A stretch of 63,642 nucleotides of DNA, counting the filler, from Octopus bimaculoides (Eukaryota), in assembly GCF_001194135.2 (NCBI RefSeq). It is 8 parts of 8 records of this genome, joined end to end, with 100 filler letters (N's around TTAATTAATTAA, not from the genome) between each part and the next. Parts side by side here need not be neighbours in the genome. Positions count along the whole stretch, not along the records: positions 23,492 to 37,457 come from NC_068984.1; positions 37,558 to 44,145 come from NC_068987.1; positions 44,246 to 48,024 come from NC_068996.1; 5 more parts are not named here. One strand, written 5' to 3'. The position numbers were made by a program, and so were the translations under genes. Positions 34,421 through 47,054 of this stretch are shown here, piece after piece (the first letter of the stretch is position 1; each line of letters opens with the position of its first letter). The notes beneath the pieces were generated by a model. The model was not told the origin of the DNA, ran no database searches, and was given only the letters and a program-made list of their open reading frames with translations.

Positions 34421-37400
34421 ACATACATACATACATGATGGCCGTCCACTCGTGACCGAGGAAGACCATTGCCGACCTTCAGGAACATTGTGCATTCTAA
34501 GACTAACTTATATTTTGCATTTGCGGCTCCGTTGGTGGCTAATGAGCCCTGCTCTTGACAAGCATACACGACTGCAAACATTGCGGATTAAGCGTTCCCC
34601 ATTCACTATATGAGCCGTGCGCTTTCGCGCAGCTCGCTTAAGTTCTTCATGCTGGATACGTGCTCTCTCAAAAGTGTCGATCCCCTCCTTAACCTGCTTC
34701 CTCCATCCGTGGCGATGACAGGAATTGTTCTCCCAGTCAGTGTCCTGCATATCACAGGCCTTTAATGAGGACTTGACACAGCCCTTAAAGCGCAGCCTTG
34801 GTTTCTGCCGGAGTCTCCTTCCATTCACAAGAGCATCTGCTTAGGAATCCTGCTATCCTTCATTCTAGTAAGGTGTCCAGCCAACATTGAGAATGTGCCT
34901 GAGACATCTCTGATGAAAGCGTTCAAGGACCCTTACCTGACGTTTGTACAGAGTCCATGTTTCACACGAGTAGAGGAGCGATGTCAGTACACAAGCACGG
35001 TACATAGCAACTTTTGTTTGCCTTGCTATGCCATGCTGGGACCAGACACGGGACTGAAGAGACCGGAAGGAATTAGTTGCTCTCTGCAACCTAAAAGATA
35101 TTTCCTCATCCAGGGAGTAAGAACGGCTGAGTGTGCTGCCCAGGTAGACAAACTTGTCTACTACCTTCAGAATTGTTCCTTCAACCAAGATAGCTGGTTT
35201 CACATATAGATTTCCTGGTGCAGGCTGGAACATTACAACAGTCTTGTCCAGGCTAATGCCAAGTCCAAATACCTTGCAAGAAGGAGAAATGCAATTCATG
35301 AGTATTTGTATGTCATCCACTGTATGAGTGACTAAGTCACAATCATCTGCATAAAGGAAGTCACGAATAATAGACTGGAGAACCTTTGAATTGGCAGCAA
35401 ATCGGCGAAGGTTAAAGAGGCGGCCAGAAGATCGATATCTGACATATATTCCCAGAGAGATAACCTTAGCAAAAGCATGAGTAAAAGCAGCAGCAAAGTA
35501 CAAAGAAAAGAGAGTTGGGGCAAGGATGTCACCCTGATTGACACCATTCTCTACAGGTATGGGCCCCGCCATGCCACCAGCAACATTGACTCAAGCCTCC
35601 ATCCCATCATGAAATGATTTAATTATAGATATAAAATGATCCGGACATCCAAGTTTGCCAAGTATTTTCCATAGAAAGGCCCTATTTACAGTATCAAAGG
35701 CCTTTGTTAAATCANNNNNNNNNNNNNNNNNNNNNNNNNNNNNNNNNNNNNNNNNNNNNNNNNNNNNNNNNNNNNNNNNNNNNNNNNNNNNNNNNNNNNN
35801 NNNNNNNNNNNNNNNNNNNNNNNNNNNNNNNNNNNNNNNNNNNNNNNNNNNNNNNNNNNNNNNNNNNNNNNNNNNNNNNNNNNNNNNNNNNNNNNNNNNN
35901 NNNNNNNNNNNNNNNNNNNNNNNNNNNNNNNNNNNNNNNNNNNNNNNNNNNNNNNNNNNNNNNNNNNNNNNNNNNNNNNNNNNNNNNNNNNNNNNNNNNN
36001 NNNNNNNNNNNNNNNNNNNNNNNNNNNNNNNNNNNNNNNNNNNNNNNNNNNNNNNNNNNNNNNNNNNNNNNNNNNNNNNNNNNNNNNNNNNNNNNNNNNN
36101 NNNNNNNNNNNNNNNNNNNNNNNNNNNNNNNNNNNNNNNNNNNNNNNNNNNNNNNNNNNNNNNNNNNNNNNNNNNNNNNNNNNNNNNNNNNNNNNNNNNN
36201 NNNNNNNNNNNNNNNNNNNNNNNNNNNNNNNNNNNNNNNNNNNNNNNNNNNNNNNNNNNNNNNNNNNNNNNNNNNNNNNNNNNNNNNNNNNNNNNNNNNN
36301 NNNNNNNNNNNNNNNNNNNNNNNNNNNNNNNNNNNNNNNNNNNNNNNNNNNNNNNNNNNNNNNNNNNNNNNNNNNNNNNNNNNNNNNNNNNNNNNNNNNN
36401 NNNNNNNNNNNNNNNNNNNNNNNNNNNNNNNNNNNNNNNNNNNNNNNNNNNNNNNNNNNNNNNNNNNNNNNNNNNNNNNNNNNNNNNNNNNNNNNNNNNN
36501 NNNNNNNNNNNNNNNNNNNNNNNNNNNNNNNNNNNNNNNNNNNNNNNNCATAAGATGGTAAAGCTTCTTGCTGTCATTTGCATCAGCAGCAGCCTGAACA
36601 TCACGAGCAAGATCCTCCCACCAAGTGTTCTGCATCTTCCTGAGAGATCGCTGCAGTAGTGATTTTACACTGTTATAGTGGGCAAGTGCTAGACTTCGCT
36701 GCACAGTAGACAGTTCTCTGTGTAGCAATACACTGTGAGCATGGCGCTTTACCACCAACAGTCACTGAACTTCAGCATCATTCTCGTCAAACCAGTCTCT
36801 GTGTCTGGCAGTAACATATCCCAGGGTTTCGGCTGCACATTGTAGAACGTGGTCTCGAAAATCCTCCCATGCTTCAGCAGTTTCAATGCTGGACAAGCGA
36901 GCCTGAAGTTCTTTCCTAACTACAACATCATATACCTTGTGGATATTTAGACGGCGAGGAATGCTCACTGGCTCTCTTCTCTCTTTTACTCTAATTATCA
37001 TTCGGAACTTTGCTCGCACCAGACTGTGGTCTGTCCAGCATTCCGATCCATGGAAGGACTTGACATTACAAATGTCATAAATGTCGCGCTTGCGGATGAT
37101 GACATAATCCAGCAAGTGCCAAACTTTAGACCTTGGGTGCATCCATGTTGTTGTGTGATCACCTTTGTGCATAAAATGAGTGCTTGCGATGTAAAGTCCA
37201 TGTTCTTCGCAAAGCTCTAGTAGCATGCGACCATTGCTATTCATTTTCCCTACTCCAAAACGTCCTAGGGAGTTCCATGTTTGCCAGTCTGTTCCAACTC
37301 TGGCATTAAAATCCCCCAGTAGAATGACTTTATCAGAATTGGGGATTTTTCTAAGTATGGCTCTCAGCTGGGTATAAAACATTGTTTTATCTTCATCACA

Positions 37401-37457
37401 GCTAGTCAAAGTAGGTGCATAGGCACATATTAGAGTAACAAACCGCTTACCTTTCAA
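34421..37457 (-). mobile_element. Near-full-length RTE (BovB-like) LINE ORF2 with assembly gap and (ATGT)n tail
   Basis: APE: TLICAYAPT, ILLGDFNARVG, WMHPRSKVWHLLDYVII, ECWTDHSLV. RT: DLTKAFDTVNR, GVNQGDILAPTLFSLYF, DFLYADDCDL, FVYLGST, LLYSCETWTLY. Terminal VCSRVCLSRAGLISHQRS. Confidence 0.95.
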
Positions 37458-37557
37458 NNNNNNNNNNNNNNNNNNNNNNNNNNNNNNNNNNNNNNNNNNN
37501 NTTAATTAATTAANNNNNNNNNNNNNNNNNNNNNNNNNNNNNNNNNNNNNNNNNNNN

Positions 37558-37834
37558 CTGTCTATGTGATCTCAAATTTTAAAGCAAACACATAATTTTC
37601 TTATGGTTTCTTAAACATTCACTTGAACAAAACTGTACGAATCCAAATATATGGTACCCTAGGCATAACACCTACATGAACTTCTAACTTGTTGTCTCTT
37701 GAGGTCTCTGGGTGAGACTTGGATCCAACTTGTACAAATGCAAAACAAAAGTCAAACATAAAATAATAATAATAATAATAATAGTAATGATGGTGATAAT
37801 GATGATGATGATGTTGGTGTTGATGATGATAATA

Positions 37835-37867
<33 letters not shown>

Positions 37868-37870
37868 CTG
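37558..37870 (+). mobile_element. Probable LINE 3'UTR ending in an (AAT)n/(GAT)n tail
   Basis: tctatgtga (SM*) followed by ~200 nt of non-coding sequence running into a long AAT/GAT array, a tail type typical of R4-clade LINEs. Confidence 0.45.
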
Positions 37871-39440
37871 TTGTTGAGGACAAAAGTTCACAGAGTGAGC
37901 GCCTTTCAAATGCTGTGGTTCGTAAGCAAGCTACTTACCACACAGCCTTGTGAACACTTTCGAGTAAAGAGCATCATAATGTGTGTAAATGTTTGTGAAC
38001 GAACGTGACGATGCATTCATGCGTATGTGCACGAACATGTGTGAGTGTGTGTGTGTGTGGAGAGAGAGAGAGAGAGAGAGAGAAAGAGATAGAGAGAGAT
38101 GCATATAGTGTTCTTATTCAGAAAACTAAAAGACGGTTTATCCCTTAACGTTTGGGGACGCCAATTGAATCGTTGCAAGTAAGGTTCAGTATTTGCGCTG
38201 AACTTTACTGCTTGTTATTTATTTACTCTTAGTCAATGACCATGTATGCTTTTGACATTTCAAACGCTTAGTAGTTCGCTCATGCAGGTTTATATTTATT
38301 TTGTCTATTTGAATGGAGCCAATATGCGTATCAAGAGTCATAAATTTATCTTGTACTGCATGTTTATTTCTAAAGTGGATTGTGTTTGGAATAATGGTGC
38401 CTGACGAAGTGAATAAACAATAATTATTTTATTTCATTTTATTGCATATTTTGCCTGAATTATATGCATTATATGTTTCTGGAAGAGATATGGAATAAAA
38501 ATATGTTCGTTTATTGAGACGATAGTAACATAAATTCTAATTTTTCCTTTCCTCATTAAAATTATTATATGTGTGTGGGNNNNNNNNNNNNNNNNNNNNN
38601 NNNNNNNNNNNNNNNNNNNNNNNNNNNNNNNNNNNNNNNNNNNNNNNNNNNNNNNNNNNNNNNNNNNNNNNNNNNNNNNNNNNNNNNNNNNNNNNNNNNN
38701 NNNNNNNNNNNNNNNNNNNNNNNNNNNNNNNNNNNNNNNNNNNNNNNNNNNNNNNNNNNNNNNNNNNNNNNNNNNNNNNNNNNNNNNNNNNNNNNNNNNN
38801 NNNNNNNNNNNNNNNNNNNNNNNNNNNNNNNNNNNNNNNNNNNNNNNNNNNNNNNNNNNNNNNNNNNNNNNNNNNNNNNNNNNNNNNNNNNNNNNNNNNN
38901 NNNNNNNNNNNNNNNNNNNNNNNNNNNNNNNNNNNNNNNNNNNNNNNNNNNNNNNNNNNNNNNNNNNNNNNNNNNNNNNNNNNNNNNNNNNNNNNNNNNN
39001 NNNNNNNNNNNNNNNNNNNNNNNNNNNNNNNNNNNNNNNNNNNNNNNNNNNNNNNNNNNNNNNNNNNNNNNNNNNNNNNNNNNNNNNNNNNNNNNNNNNN
39101 NNNNNNNNNNNNNNNNNNNNNNNNNNNNNNNNNNNNNNNNNNNNNNNNNNNNNNNNNNNNNNNNNNNNNNNNNNNNNNNNNNNNNNNNNNNNNNNNNNNN
39201 NNNNNNNNNNNNNNNNNNNNNNNNNNNNNNNNNNNNNNNNNNNNNNNNNNNNNNNNNNNNNNNNNNNNNNNNNNNNNNNNNNNNNNNNNNNNNNNNNNNN
39301 NNNNNNNNNNNNNNNNNNNNNNNNNNNNNNNNNNNNNNNNNNNNNNNNNNNNNNNNNNNNNNNNNNNNNNNNNNNNNNNNNNNNNNNNNNNNNNNNNNNN
39401 NNNNNNNNNNNNNNNNNNNNNNNNNNNNNNNNNNNNNNNN

Positions 39441-40288
39441 ATCAATGCATTGAAGATACTTTATTGCAGCAACAATTATAATAACAGAAACAACCACAAT
39501 AAGCCAAACCTATGCACATTTCAATAGGGTATCCCGGAAAAATAAACCACATCATAAGATGTCTCGTAAAATATTGTAACAAATTACAACATATTACAAA
39601 TTTCTGGATACTCCATCTCATCAGGGTCGCATTATTGCCATCACCAATACTATTATTAGCAAAACACACACATCATCCAAGAGGGTGAAAGAATAATCGA
39701 CGGCACGCAACCTACCATCGTTATTTTCTTACAGAATGTAAACAAACCAGTCAACCGAAATCCAGCGACGTACACCGCCCGGTTTACAGCGTAAAAATCC
39801 CTTGCCAAAAATTCATCCCCCATGTACGTCAAGATTCCCTATCAGATCTTCCTATAACGACAGTGTATTAATTAATTCATTAATTATACCCGCCCACGCC
39901 CACGCACCGCGCACCACCACCCACATGCCCACACCTACACCCACACACACATATACCTATAGTTAGATACACACACCAATAGATATTTATATGTATTTTT
40001 TATGTATAACCATACACACAAACACATATACACACAAACACATATATACACACTCACATATGCATGCATATACATATACACACATATAGATACACATGCA
40101 CCCACATAAACGCGCACAGATACACACACACACACATTTACATATATACGCATACATACTCACATACACACATGCGGGGATACCCTATTGAAATGTGCAT
40201 AGGTTTGGCTTATTGTGGTTGTTTCTGTTATTATAATTGTTGCTGCAATAAAGTATCTTCAATGCATTGATTTTGAGCTCTATCCTTT
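39441..40288. mobile_element. Foldback/long-TIR element: 95-bp identical inverted repeats around a ~640-bp non-coding interior
   Basis: 39441-39535 is the exact reverse complement of 40177-40271; both ends abut N-gaps. Confidence 0.75.
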
Positions 40289-40649
40289 NNNNNNNNNNNN
40301 NNNNNNNNNNNNNNNNNNNNNNNNNNNNNNNNNNNNNNNNNNNNNNNNNNNNNNNNNNNNNNNNNNNNNNNNNNNNNNNNNNNNNNNNNNNNNNNNNNNN
40401 NNNNNNNNNNNNNNNNNNNNNNNNNNNNNNNNNNNNNNNNNNNNNNNNNNNNNNNNNNNNNNNNNNNNNNNNNNNNNNNNNNNNNNNNNNNNNNNNNNNN
40501 NNNNNNNNNNNNNNNNNNNNNNNNNNNNNNNNNNNNNNNNNNNNNNNNNNNNNNNNNNNNNNNNNNNNNNNNNNNNNNNNNNNNNNNNNNNNNNNNNNNN
40601 NNNNNNNNNNNNNNNNNNNNNNNNNNNNNNNNNNNNNNNNNNNNTATAT

Positions 40650-40810
40650 ATATACGACGGACTTCTTTCAATTTCCGTCTACCAAATCCACTCACAAGGC
40701 TTTGGTCAGCCCGAAGCTATAGCAGAAGACACGTGCCCAAGGTGCCATGCAGTGGGACTGAACCCGATACCATATGTGGTTGGGAAGTAAGCTTCTTACC
40801 ACACACCCAC

Positions 40811-40812
<2 letters not shown>
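40650..40812 (-). mobile_element. SINE family A 5' half
   Basis: tacgacggacttctttca...cacaaggctttgg...gcccaaggtgcc...gggactgaaccc...cttaccacac. Confidence 0.85.
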
Positions 40813-40875
<63 letters not shown>

Positions 40876-40880
40876 TACAA

Positions 40881-40915
<35 letters not shown>

Positions 40916-40918
40916 AAC
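40813..40918. repeat. (GA)n/(GACA)n microsatellite
   Basis: Directly visible. Confidence 0.95.
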
Positions 40919-41624
40919 GGATGGAGGGTGGGTGGGAGAGAGAGAGACGATTAAAAACCCATGAGTCAGAGGAAACAGACATTTGCCATTCGTGTATTTT
41001 TCATTAATGTGGGCAGATTAATCTTTATTCACCCACTGCTGTACGGTAATTTAGATCCATTTCAGCCGGTTTTGCCAGTTAAGTTCATATGAGGGGATTT
41101 GGGAAACATGGTATTCATCCGTAAAGAGCTGAGAGGAAAAGCGGAAAAATGTCGCCTTAACTTTCCACTGCTGGAAAGTAGAGGAAAATGGAAACGCAAA
41201 TCCTAGGCAGTCAACCAAATTCCCGGACGCATAAATGAAGGTACTCAGATCAATGTAATTAAATCATATACATTTATACACATCAACATAAATCATGCAT
41301 GTATAGGCGTAAAGATTCTCTAAAGGTATAAAGAATAAAACCAAACATATATAAAAATATATAAAAATACATATAAAATCACATATAGATAAGGATTACA
41401 TGTAAAACGTTATGCATGATAAATATAGGGAGCACAAAGCGAAGGAGAAGTTGAGAAATATTGGAATAAAAATGTCATTTTTCAAAATGGCAGACCGCCT
41501 AAATCGTCTAAAATGTCTAATACAACTAAGATATGAGACAAATTACTTTGTATCATTTCATATTGGCTCTCTACGAGTACTCCGTAAATAGCCCATACTT
41601 TCTATGACATACGTAATATATGTG

Positions 41625-41659
<35 letters not shown>

Positions 41660-42470
41660 ATACATATATATATATATATATATNNNNNNNNNNNNNNNNN
41701 NNNNNNNNNNNNNNNNNNNNNNNNNNNNNNNNNNNNNNNNNNNNNNNNNNNNNNNNNNNNNNNNNNNNNNNNNNNNNNNNNNNNNNNNNNNNNNNNNNNN
41801 NNNNNNNNNNNNNNNNNNNNNNNNNNNNNNNNNNNNNNNNNNNNNNNNNNNNNNNNNNNNNNNNNNNNNNNNNNNNNNNNNNNNNNNNNNNNNNNNNNNN
41901 NNNNNNNNNNNNNNNNNNNNNNNNNNNNNNNNNNNNNNNNNNNNNNNNNNNNNNNNNNNNNNNNNNNNNNNNNNNNNNNNNNNNNNNNNNNNNNNNNNNN
42001 NNNNNNNNNNNNNNNNNNNNNNNNNNNNNNNNNNNNNNNNNNNNNNNNNNNNNNNNNNNNNNNNNNNNNNNNNNNNNNNNNNNNNNNNNNNNNNNNNNNN
42101 NNNNNNNNNNNNNNNNNNNNNNNNNNNNNNNNNNNNNNNNNNNNNNNNNNNNNNNNNNNNNNNNNNNNNNNNNNNNNNNNNNNNNNNNNNNNNNNNNNNN
42201 NNNNNNNNNNNNNNNNNNNNNNNNNNNNNNNNNNNNNNNNNNNNNNNNNNNNNNNNNNNNNNNNNNNNNNNNNNNNNNNNNNNNNNNNNNNNNNNNNNNN
42301 NNNNNNNNNNNNNNNNNNNNNNNNNNNNNNNNNNNNNNNNNNNNNNNNNNNNNNNNNNNNNNNNNNNNNNNNNNNNNNNNNNNNNNNNNNNNNNNNNNNN
42401 NNNNNNNNNNNNNNNNNNNNNNNNNNNNNNNNNNNNNNNNNNNNNNNNNNNNNNNNNNNNNNNNNNNNNA

Positions 42471-42670
42471 AATGTGGCAACATATTAAAACCAAGATGTT
42501 GCCACATTTGTAATATGTCTTTTTTCTACATTTTTTCGTGCAGCTGAAGATTGCTCTTCATATTGCATTTAAGGTAATGCTCACATTACTTAAATAAATT
42601 GAAGTAGCATGAAACGTGCGTACTGCAATCACTTTTGAAATCCGTGTTGCTTATTATTTGATTTTAATCA
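42471..42670 (+). mobile_element. Short dispersed repeat containing a type I hammerhead-like ribozyme (42539-42627); second copy on minus at 54150-54345
   Basis: TGCAG-CTGAAGA-t TGCT...AGCA t-GAAA-C gtgc G-TA-CTGCA; 13-bp hairpin aatgtggcaacat/atgttgccacatt at 42471-42508. Confidence 0.7.
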
Positions 42671-42821
42671 CCCATCCTTTTGGGATGTGAAATTCGGGTG
42701 CCTTCGCATAAGTACCATATTCAAGCCTTGAATCTATATATATATATATATATATATAGACAAAATTAAAAAGACGGATTAGCATCACTTTCAATTCGAT
42801 AATTATATTCTACCTTTTAAC

Positions 42822-42903
42822 ACCGACACATGTTTCAATCGCATCGATTCGTAATCGTTGGAATTGCAACCCTACTAGAAAACGATGCAGTCTCTCCAGG
42901 ATC
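42822..42903 (-). ncRNA. Degenerate hammerhead-like motif of a different family
   Basis: atc-CTGGAGA-...GCATCG...CGATGC...-GAAA-C atgt G-TC-ggt; core has G instead of the conserved A6. Confidence 0.4.
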
Positions 42904-43000
42904 TTGATATCCTCGATATGGCAGTTTAAATAAACACACATACACACACACATATGCATGCATGTATGTATGTATGTATGTATGTATGTATGTATGTATG

Positions 43001-43234
43001 TCTTGATGATACTAAAACTCTAGGGATGTGTGTATGTAACTGAAATATCTCAGAAATTGTATATTTTATCTTAATTTATTTTACATATTTATTTTCATAC
43101 TTAGCTTCGGCAGCGCAGTACAAATTTTTGTGACATTTGGACCTCTATTTAAACGATTAAACACAATATTTGTTATTTCTTGATGAAAAAATACATAGCC
43201 TCCATGATGTCAACACACACACGCATATAATGAA

Positions 43235-43286
<52 letters not shown>

Positions 43287-43537
43287 TCATACATCTTTCA
43301 ACTTCCTCCTCTCCTTCACGTTAAAACAAAAGTAAGGTGATTTTTCAGGATAAAAATTGTTTAAAATAATCTTCTACTCATGTAAATTGATTACTATTGT
43401 TTGGATAGTTCCAATTAAATAAGTCCAGAAGTTAGTTTAAATATATATACATGCATAAGTACCGTGAATTCCCATTCTACAAACTGGTAAACAATTCCGT
43501 TAATACTTTACCGGGCAACGCTGGGTACTAAGTCTAG
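43001..43537 (+). mobile_element. Non-autonomous Helitron-like element
   Basis: 5' TC at 43001; 3' GC hairpin accgggcaacgctgggt (43510-43526) then CTAG|T (43534-43538); 5' part has a copy on minus at 51300-51550. Confidence 0.6.
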
Positions 43538-43805
43538 TATTACATATAATTGTATCCATGTATATAAAACTATATACGTGCATGTATATGCGTGCATGTC
43601 TGCTCATGCATATCCGTTTATTTACATACACGTATATTTCTATTTACATATATAAATACGCATGCGTATATATATATATATGTGTATTTATATGTGCACA
43701 CCTCACATACATTTATATATACGTGTGTATGTGTGTGTGTGTAGGTTACGATTTTTTTAATTCCAAGTGTGAATAAAGTCAATTTAATATTAAAATGAAG
43801 AATCT

Positions 43806-43990
43806 TTTCTGCTCTAGGCACAAGGCCTAAAATTTTTGGAAAGGTGGCCAGTCGATTAGATCGATCCCAGTACGTAACTGGTACTTAATTCATCGACTCC
43901 GAAAGGATGAAAGGCAAAGTCCGATCTGGGTGGAATTTGAACTCAGAACGTAAAGACAGACGAAATACCTCTAAGCATTTCGCCGCCTTG
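43806..43990 (-). mobile_element. SINE family B
   Basis: gtactggtacttaatt...atcgactccgaaaggatgaaaggcaaagt...ggaatttgaactcagaacgtaaagacagacgaaatac...taagcatttcgcc. Confidence 0.85.
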
Positions 43991-44256
43991 AATATTAAAC
44001 TGAAGAATAACTCCACACTTTTACAAGAAAATTGGTGGCACTGACTTCGAAGTTTGGAACTGCTAGCCTTCGTCTGACCAAGGCCCGCCAAATCTTCCAC
44101 ATCAGTTTTCTTGTAAATGTACACACACACACACACACACACACANNNNNNNNNNNNNNNNNNNNNNNNNNNNNNNNNNNNNNNNNNNNTTAATTAATTA
44201 ANNNNNNNNNNNNNNNNNNNNNNNNNNNNNNNNNNNNNNNNNNNNCACACACACAC

Positions 44257-44301
<45 letters not shown>

Positions 44302-44304
44302 CTT

Positions 44305-44359
<55 letters not shown>
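44305..44359. repeat. (GATA)n microsatellite
   Basis: Directly visible. Confidence 0.95.
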
Positions 44360-44360
<1 letters not shown>

Positions 44361-45689
44361 AATAGAATATGGATTGAATGTCATTCTTTATTTTAAATCA
44401 CTACTATTGTTTCGATACATTTTTTTTACACCCATAGTATATAATTGTTATCTCCTATGATATAATTGCTATCCTCTATCAAAGGGACAAGATGCATTTC
44501 TTCAGGTGATTACTTTACATAATCCCTTCGTTCGATCTAACGAGAACCATACTATCATTTCATTCAGTGTGAGAATGAAGTCACAAAACAACGTACTATG
44601 TTTAAAAATTTGTTAAAAAACTTGCAGACAAAACATAACGCAGAGATATAGTGACAGATAAGTTATAATTATAATCAAAAGACGTAGTACTGAACACCCC
44701 CCCCCCCCGAAAAAAAAGGACAGACAAAAAGTTGTCGATTTGACTATAAATTACAAGTCTGTCTTTATCTGCAGATTATAAGGAAGTAAATGCAAAAGTA
44801 AATAAAGATAAGCGTTTAGAGATAATAATGTGATGCATAGAAAATTCTAGGGTGCACATATGGAAACGCTTCTGTAAATAACAAACTGAATAATGAATGG
44901 TTTTTCACAAGAAAATTAAATTCGTTGAAATTTTACAACCGAACTACGATAAGCCTACGCACGCGTATAAGTGATTAGGAATATCCATCTCACTAACGAT
45001 TTGAAGTTTGAACAACAAACCACGCGAAGACTACACATGCATATGAGTGGGTGGGAGAGCATGTATGAAGAATTCGTTGATATTCATATTTTAAATAGGA
45101 AAGGATAATATTTTGCCCTATTTTTGTTTTCTAAAAATATCATGGATCGACAGGATCGCTTGAGAAAATCAATTACCATATAAAAGAGAAATATGTAAAC
45201 ATTAAATTAGAATAAGTGTTAGCAAGATATCGCAAGACCACTCTAACTTACAAGGTATTCTGGTAGCTAATGGAATAGCTGTACTTAGTAAATAAGATTA
45301 AATTTTATTGATGAGATGGAAAATTTACTTTGGCGTAGTTTAAAGAAAAATTAATTGTATGTTGTCCAGAAAAGAAATGGACTACATAGCGTCGTGAGGA
45401 ATAATAAGTTTGCAAGTACAGACTATAAAATAATATGAGAGTACCACGTTGTTTTTAAATATTATTAAGAGTAGCATCGATTCGCAAGCTTTTGTGGGAA
45501 AATATTTTTCTTAGAAAATGTATCACAAATTAAGAGTTCAGTACCAGGTGACAAGCCGATGAAATACCTGCTAATCTTACCTTTTTATACTAATGCTTCT
45601 TCTAGTGATGTAGCACCGAATCGGTTTAATCTAGTTAATGCAGTGCTGGTGAGTGCAGCAGGTTGGGTTTCAATGTGTACTTTATATGG

Positions 45690-46135
45690 TGATTGAGGGA
45701 CACAGTCACATGAAGCTGCGCCTCCAAGAGAGTTTTAAGGCTTTGAGAAAGGATGTGTCTAATGTATATAAAAGTCTCTCTGGGTAATTTCACGACTTGG
45801 AGGTGACTTAATGGATTTTGAAGAGTTGTTGATGGAGAATGCGAGTGAACTCACTACTGAGGAGCTAACACAGCTTCACAGAGAAGAGAAAGAGACACTG
45901 GTCTCCTGTTTTCTGATGAAAAAGAGCAGAGAAGCAGAGAGAATATACTGAATGCCTTAGAGCGTAGTTCTCTTATTGAGATGAAATTTCTAAACTGGCC
46001 AAGGAATATCATTCTAACACAGCTGAAGTGAATCAAGGCAAATATCACTTCAAAAACAGACATGAATTACAGTTGCAAGGTACAGAAACGAAGACTAAAT
46101 CAGTCAAACATGGATGATATTTTTTACAAATAGGA
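45690..46135 (+). mobile_element. Tigger/pogo-type transposase C-terminal remnant (may extend upstream to ~44900)
   Basis: DFEELLMENASELTTEELTQLHREEKE (acidic ELTxEEL motif); EISKLAKEYHSNTAEVN; KRRLNQSNMDDIFYK resembling the Tigger terminal KQxxLDxFF. Confidence 0.55.
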
Positions 46136-46941
46136 TAAGGTAAACGTAAATTATAACACAACGATCAGCTACTATTGGAAACTTCAGAAGAAACTGTAGA
46201 AAAGATGGCTTGGAAGCATGACACCTCTTCCACCACGTCCCCTAAATGTCATTCCCCTCTTTTCTGCCTTCTCCCTGAATGCTGAACAACCTTCTACACT
46301 AAGGTAAGAGCACATTTATTTACCTGCATTTCTATTTTATTTTTATTTATTTATTTGTTCCTATATATTCATTTGTTCGTGAGTATGCACCTTCTTTTGT
46401 TAGCATTGGTTTGGAGGATACATCATTAGGAGCGGGAGCTTACACCCAGATTGACTTCCGGTGAAAAAACCCACCCTATTTCCGGGAAAGGAATTTATCT
46501 TAAATTTCATGCCACAGGATTAGGTCTTTCTTCCACTAACAACGAGCATCAAGGGGATACCTCCTACAGAGGAATTAACACTAACAATTTACTTCAATTA
46601 GTACAAACATGTTAAAGTGAAGGGTAAAACGCACGTACATACGCACGTGCGTGTACATATACATATACACACACATAGACATGAGACAGCAGCCATACTT
46701 CCGCAACGCCTTGGAGTATTTTTAGTTCATATATTTATATAATTTTTATGGTTGGAAGGACAACGAAAACATAAGATAAAACCATCATTTCATAGTTTCA
46801 TGAGAACTTTGGGTTTGGTTTGAAGCAGATAACTCTTATTATGTTAATATATACTTCAATCTGTCATCAAAATGAAATGGACACGAATATTTCGAACAGG
46901 GCTCCGGAACGGGTTGTTTTCGTATGAGACTACATTATACA

Positions 46942-47054
<113 letters not shown>

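Noticed and set aside
981-42547. Long ORFs made mostly of X in the ORF track
   Set aside because: They only span N-gaps and have no coding evidence.
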